Shown here piece by piece: positions 62,668-64,000 of a DNA stretch of 64,000 bases (position 1 is the first letter of the stretch; the number at the start of each line of letters is the position of its first letter). Below the pieces are notes generated by a model. That model ran no database searches and was not told the origin of the DNA. It was given only the letters and a program-made list of their open reading frames with translations. The stretch is from a virus. Lineage: Duplodnaviria; Caudoviricetes. The stretch spans positions 1,869 through 65,868 of IMG/VR virus record IMGVR_UViG_3300005518_000004, one strand, 5' to 3'. The translations under genes were made by a program, and so were the position numbers.

Positions 62668-64000
62668 GTGGGCGGATTTGCATCAGCACTAGGCGCGGTC
62701 GGCAATCGCATGCACGAGGAAAACCTCATCAACTGGCAGGCGAACTATGCCGCTAACCAGAAGATGGCGGATACGCTGGAGGCCATGTCCAAGGATGCGC
62801 GCCCCGAGTTCGCCCCCAAGCTTCAGCAGGCGGCGTTCATGTTCCGCACCTTGCCCCCCCAGAAATCACCGCCTAAGGGATTCGACCTCCATACGCTCAT
62901 GGTGGACCATGCCAAGCAGGCGCTAGGCAGTGAGCGTGGGATCGAGCAGAAGCCGCAGGGAGAAGCCAAGGAAGTTCCGTCCGAAGCTCCTCAGCCCACG
63001 CAGCAACCAGCGGCTCAGGGGCAGCCGCTAGCCCAAGGAGGTCTCCCATCGCCTCCCCAAGCCGCTGTTGCCCCCACTACTCCTCCCTGGATGGGACCAC
63101 CACAAGGACCGGCTGCCCAACAGGCAGTAGGGCAGGCAGTAGATCAGGGGGCCAAGCAGCAGCAGACCATAGCTGGCGCTCCTCCACCAGTTAGTGGCAT
63201 GGCATCCCCCGGCTTCTCCACTCCAGGCACGCCTCCTCCCGCTGCCCTCCAGCCGCCCCCCACGCCACAGGGGTTTGCCGACGAGCATGGACCTGGCCAG
63301 TTCTACACCTACACCATGCCCGAGCGGATGCAGATGGAGGCGGGGTTTCAGGGGGCGTTGACGCGGGCCAAGGCGCAGGCGGAGGCGGAGGGCAAGCTGC
63401 AATTGTTCATGGCCGAGCGCGCCGAGAACATGAAAACCATGGAGGCGTTCCGCAAGCAGGGGTTCAGCCATTTCAAACCCGGTCTGTCGGCGTCTGGCGG
63501 TATGAGTATGCAGCCCGACCTTGGCTACCCCATCCCCGGCCTCATGACTGGCGCCGAGATACTGGCCGAAGACCCGGAGGCGATGGCGGGGAAAGCAACG
63601 ATAGACCCGCAGAAGCTCTACCGGGCACGCGGGTATGCGGACCAGACGAGAGACTATGTAGGGCAGCAAGTGGGAAGGCCCAAGAAAGCAACCGACCCAC
63701 TCTCCCCCACGGGCTTCTCATGGGTATGGTATGACGCGCTCGGCAATGAGTTGAAGCGCCAGCCCAATGCGCCTGCCGAGGGTGGGGCGGGGACTACAGA
63801 AACATCTAGCACGCGTGAGCAGAGAGTCACTATTGCTGGGCCAAATGGTGAGCAGATCATTGTCAAGAAGCCGTTCAGCACCTCGACCAAGGTAACCAAA
63901 ACCCCCCGTGGCTTGACTGCCCTACCTGCCCCTCCGACTGCTGGAGCAGAAGCCGGTGCGAAGACGGGCGGTGCCCACACCCCCACCTTTGCCCCTGCGA
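62668..64000 (+). CDS. probable second ejection/internal virion protein (runs off window; absent from ORF track)
   Basis: GTG right after upstream stop; MGGFASALGAVGNRMHEENLINWQ...; Pro/Gln-rich. Confidence 0.7.
   Translation, partial: MGGFASALGAVGNRMHEENLINWQANYAANQKMADTLEAMSKDARPEFAPKLQQAAFMFRTLPPQKSPPKGFDLHTLMVDHAKQALGSERGIEQKPQGEAKEVPSEAPQPTQQPAAQGQPLAQGGLPSPPQAAVAPTTPPWMGPPQGPAAQQAVGQAVDQGAKQQQTIAGAPPPVSGMASPGFSTPGTPPPAALQPPPTPQGFADEHGPGQFYTYTMPERMQMEAGFQGALTRAKAQAEAEGKLQLFMAERAENMKTMEAFRKQGFSHFKPGLSASGGMSMQPDLGYPIPGLMTGAEILAEDPEAMAGKATIDPQKLYRARGYADQTRDYVGQQVGRPKKATDPLSPTGFSWVWYDALGNELKRQPNAPAEGGAGTTETSSTREQRVTIAGPNGEQIIVKKPFSTSTKVTKTPRGLTALPAPPTAGAEAGAKTGGAHTPTFAPA

Larger units (their letters stand above)
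1..64000. mobile_element. Tailed dsDNA bacteriophage genome segment (podovirus-like virion module); host probably an exosortase-bearing diderm such as Acidobacteria
   Basis: Terminase, portal, capsid, tail/ejection genes, endolysin and PolA present; two divergent arms; dense ATGA/GTGA overlaps; no host housekeeping genes. The host guess is inference from the PEP-CTERM gene. Confidence 0.95.

Overview
A 64-kb section of a tailed dsDNA bacteriophage genome (roughly 60% GC), truncated at both ends, with no host genes visible. The virion module looks podovirus-like: portal, scaffold, capsid, adaptors, nozzle and ejection proteins, with no tape measure in view. The leftward arm (1-25.4 kb) holds, in order: six glycosyltransferases interleaved with three SAM methyltransferases; a family A DNA polymerase split into a UDG+exonuclease gene and an intein-containing polymerase gene; ERCC4, Sak4-like, PD-(D/E)XK, SSB-like, AAA+ helicase, ParB and HTH genes; an AT-rich candidate origin; and small early genes including a PEP-CTERM protein and a tyrosine recombinase. 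The rightward arm (25.8-64 kb) holds a C5 DNA methyltransferase, lysis genes, a large exported enzyme-like protein, a terminase split into ATPase and nuclease genes, and the virion genes. Four observations stand out. (1) The polymerase intein has no in-frame endonuclease; an HNH homing endonuclease is encoded in the +1 frame inside it. (2) The methyltransferase also hides a second subunit in its +1 frame. (3) A tail-fibre protein begins with a Sec-type signal peptide and has cysteine-paired repeats. (4) A 13-bp palindrome, GTT-N7-AAC, occurs about 15 times at promoters and inside genes. All calls come from reading motifs by eye; no database searches were run.
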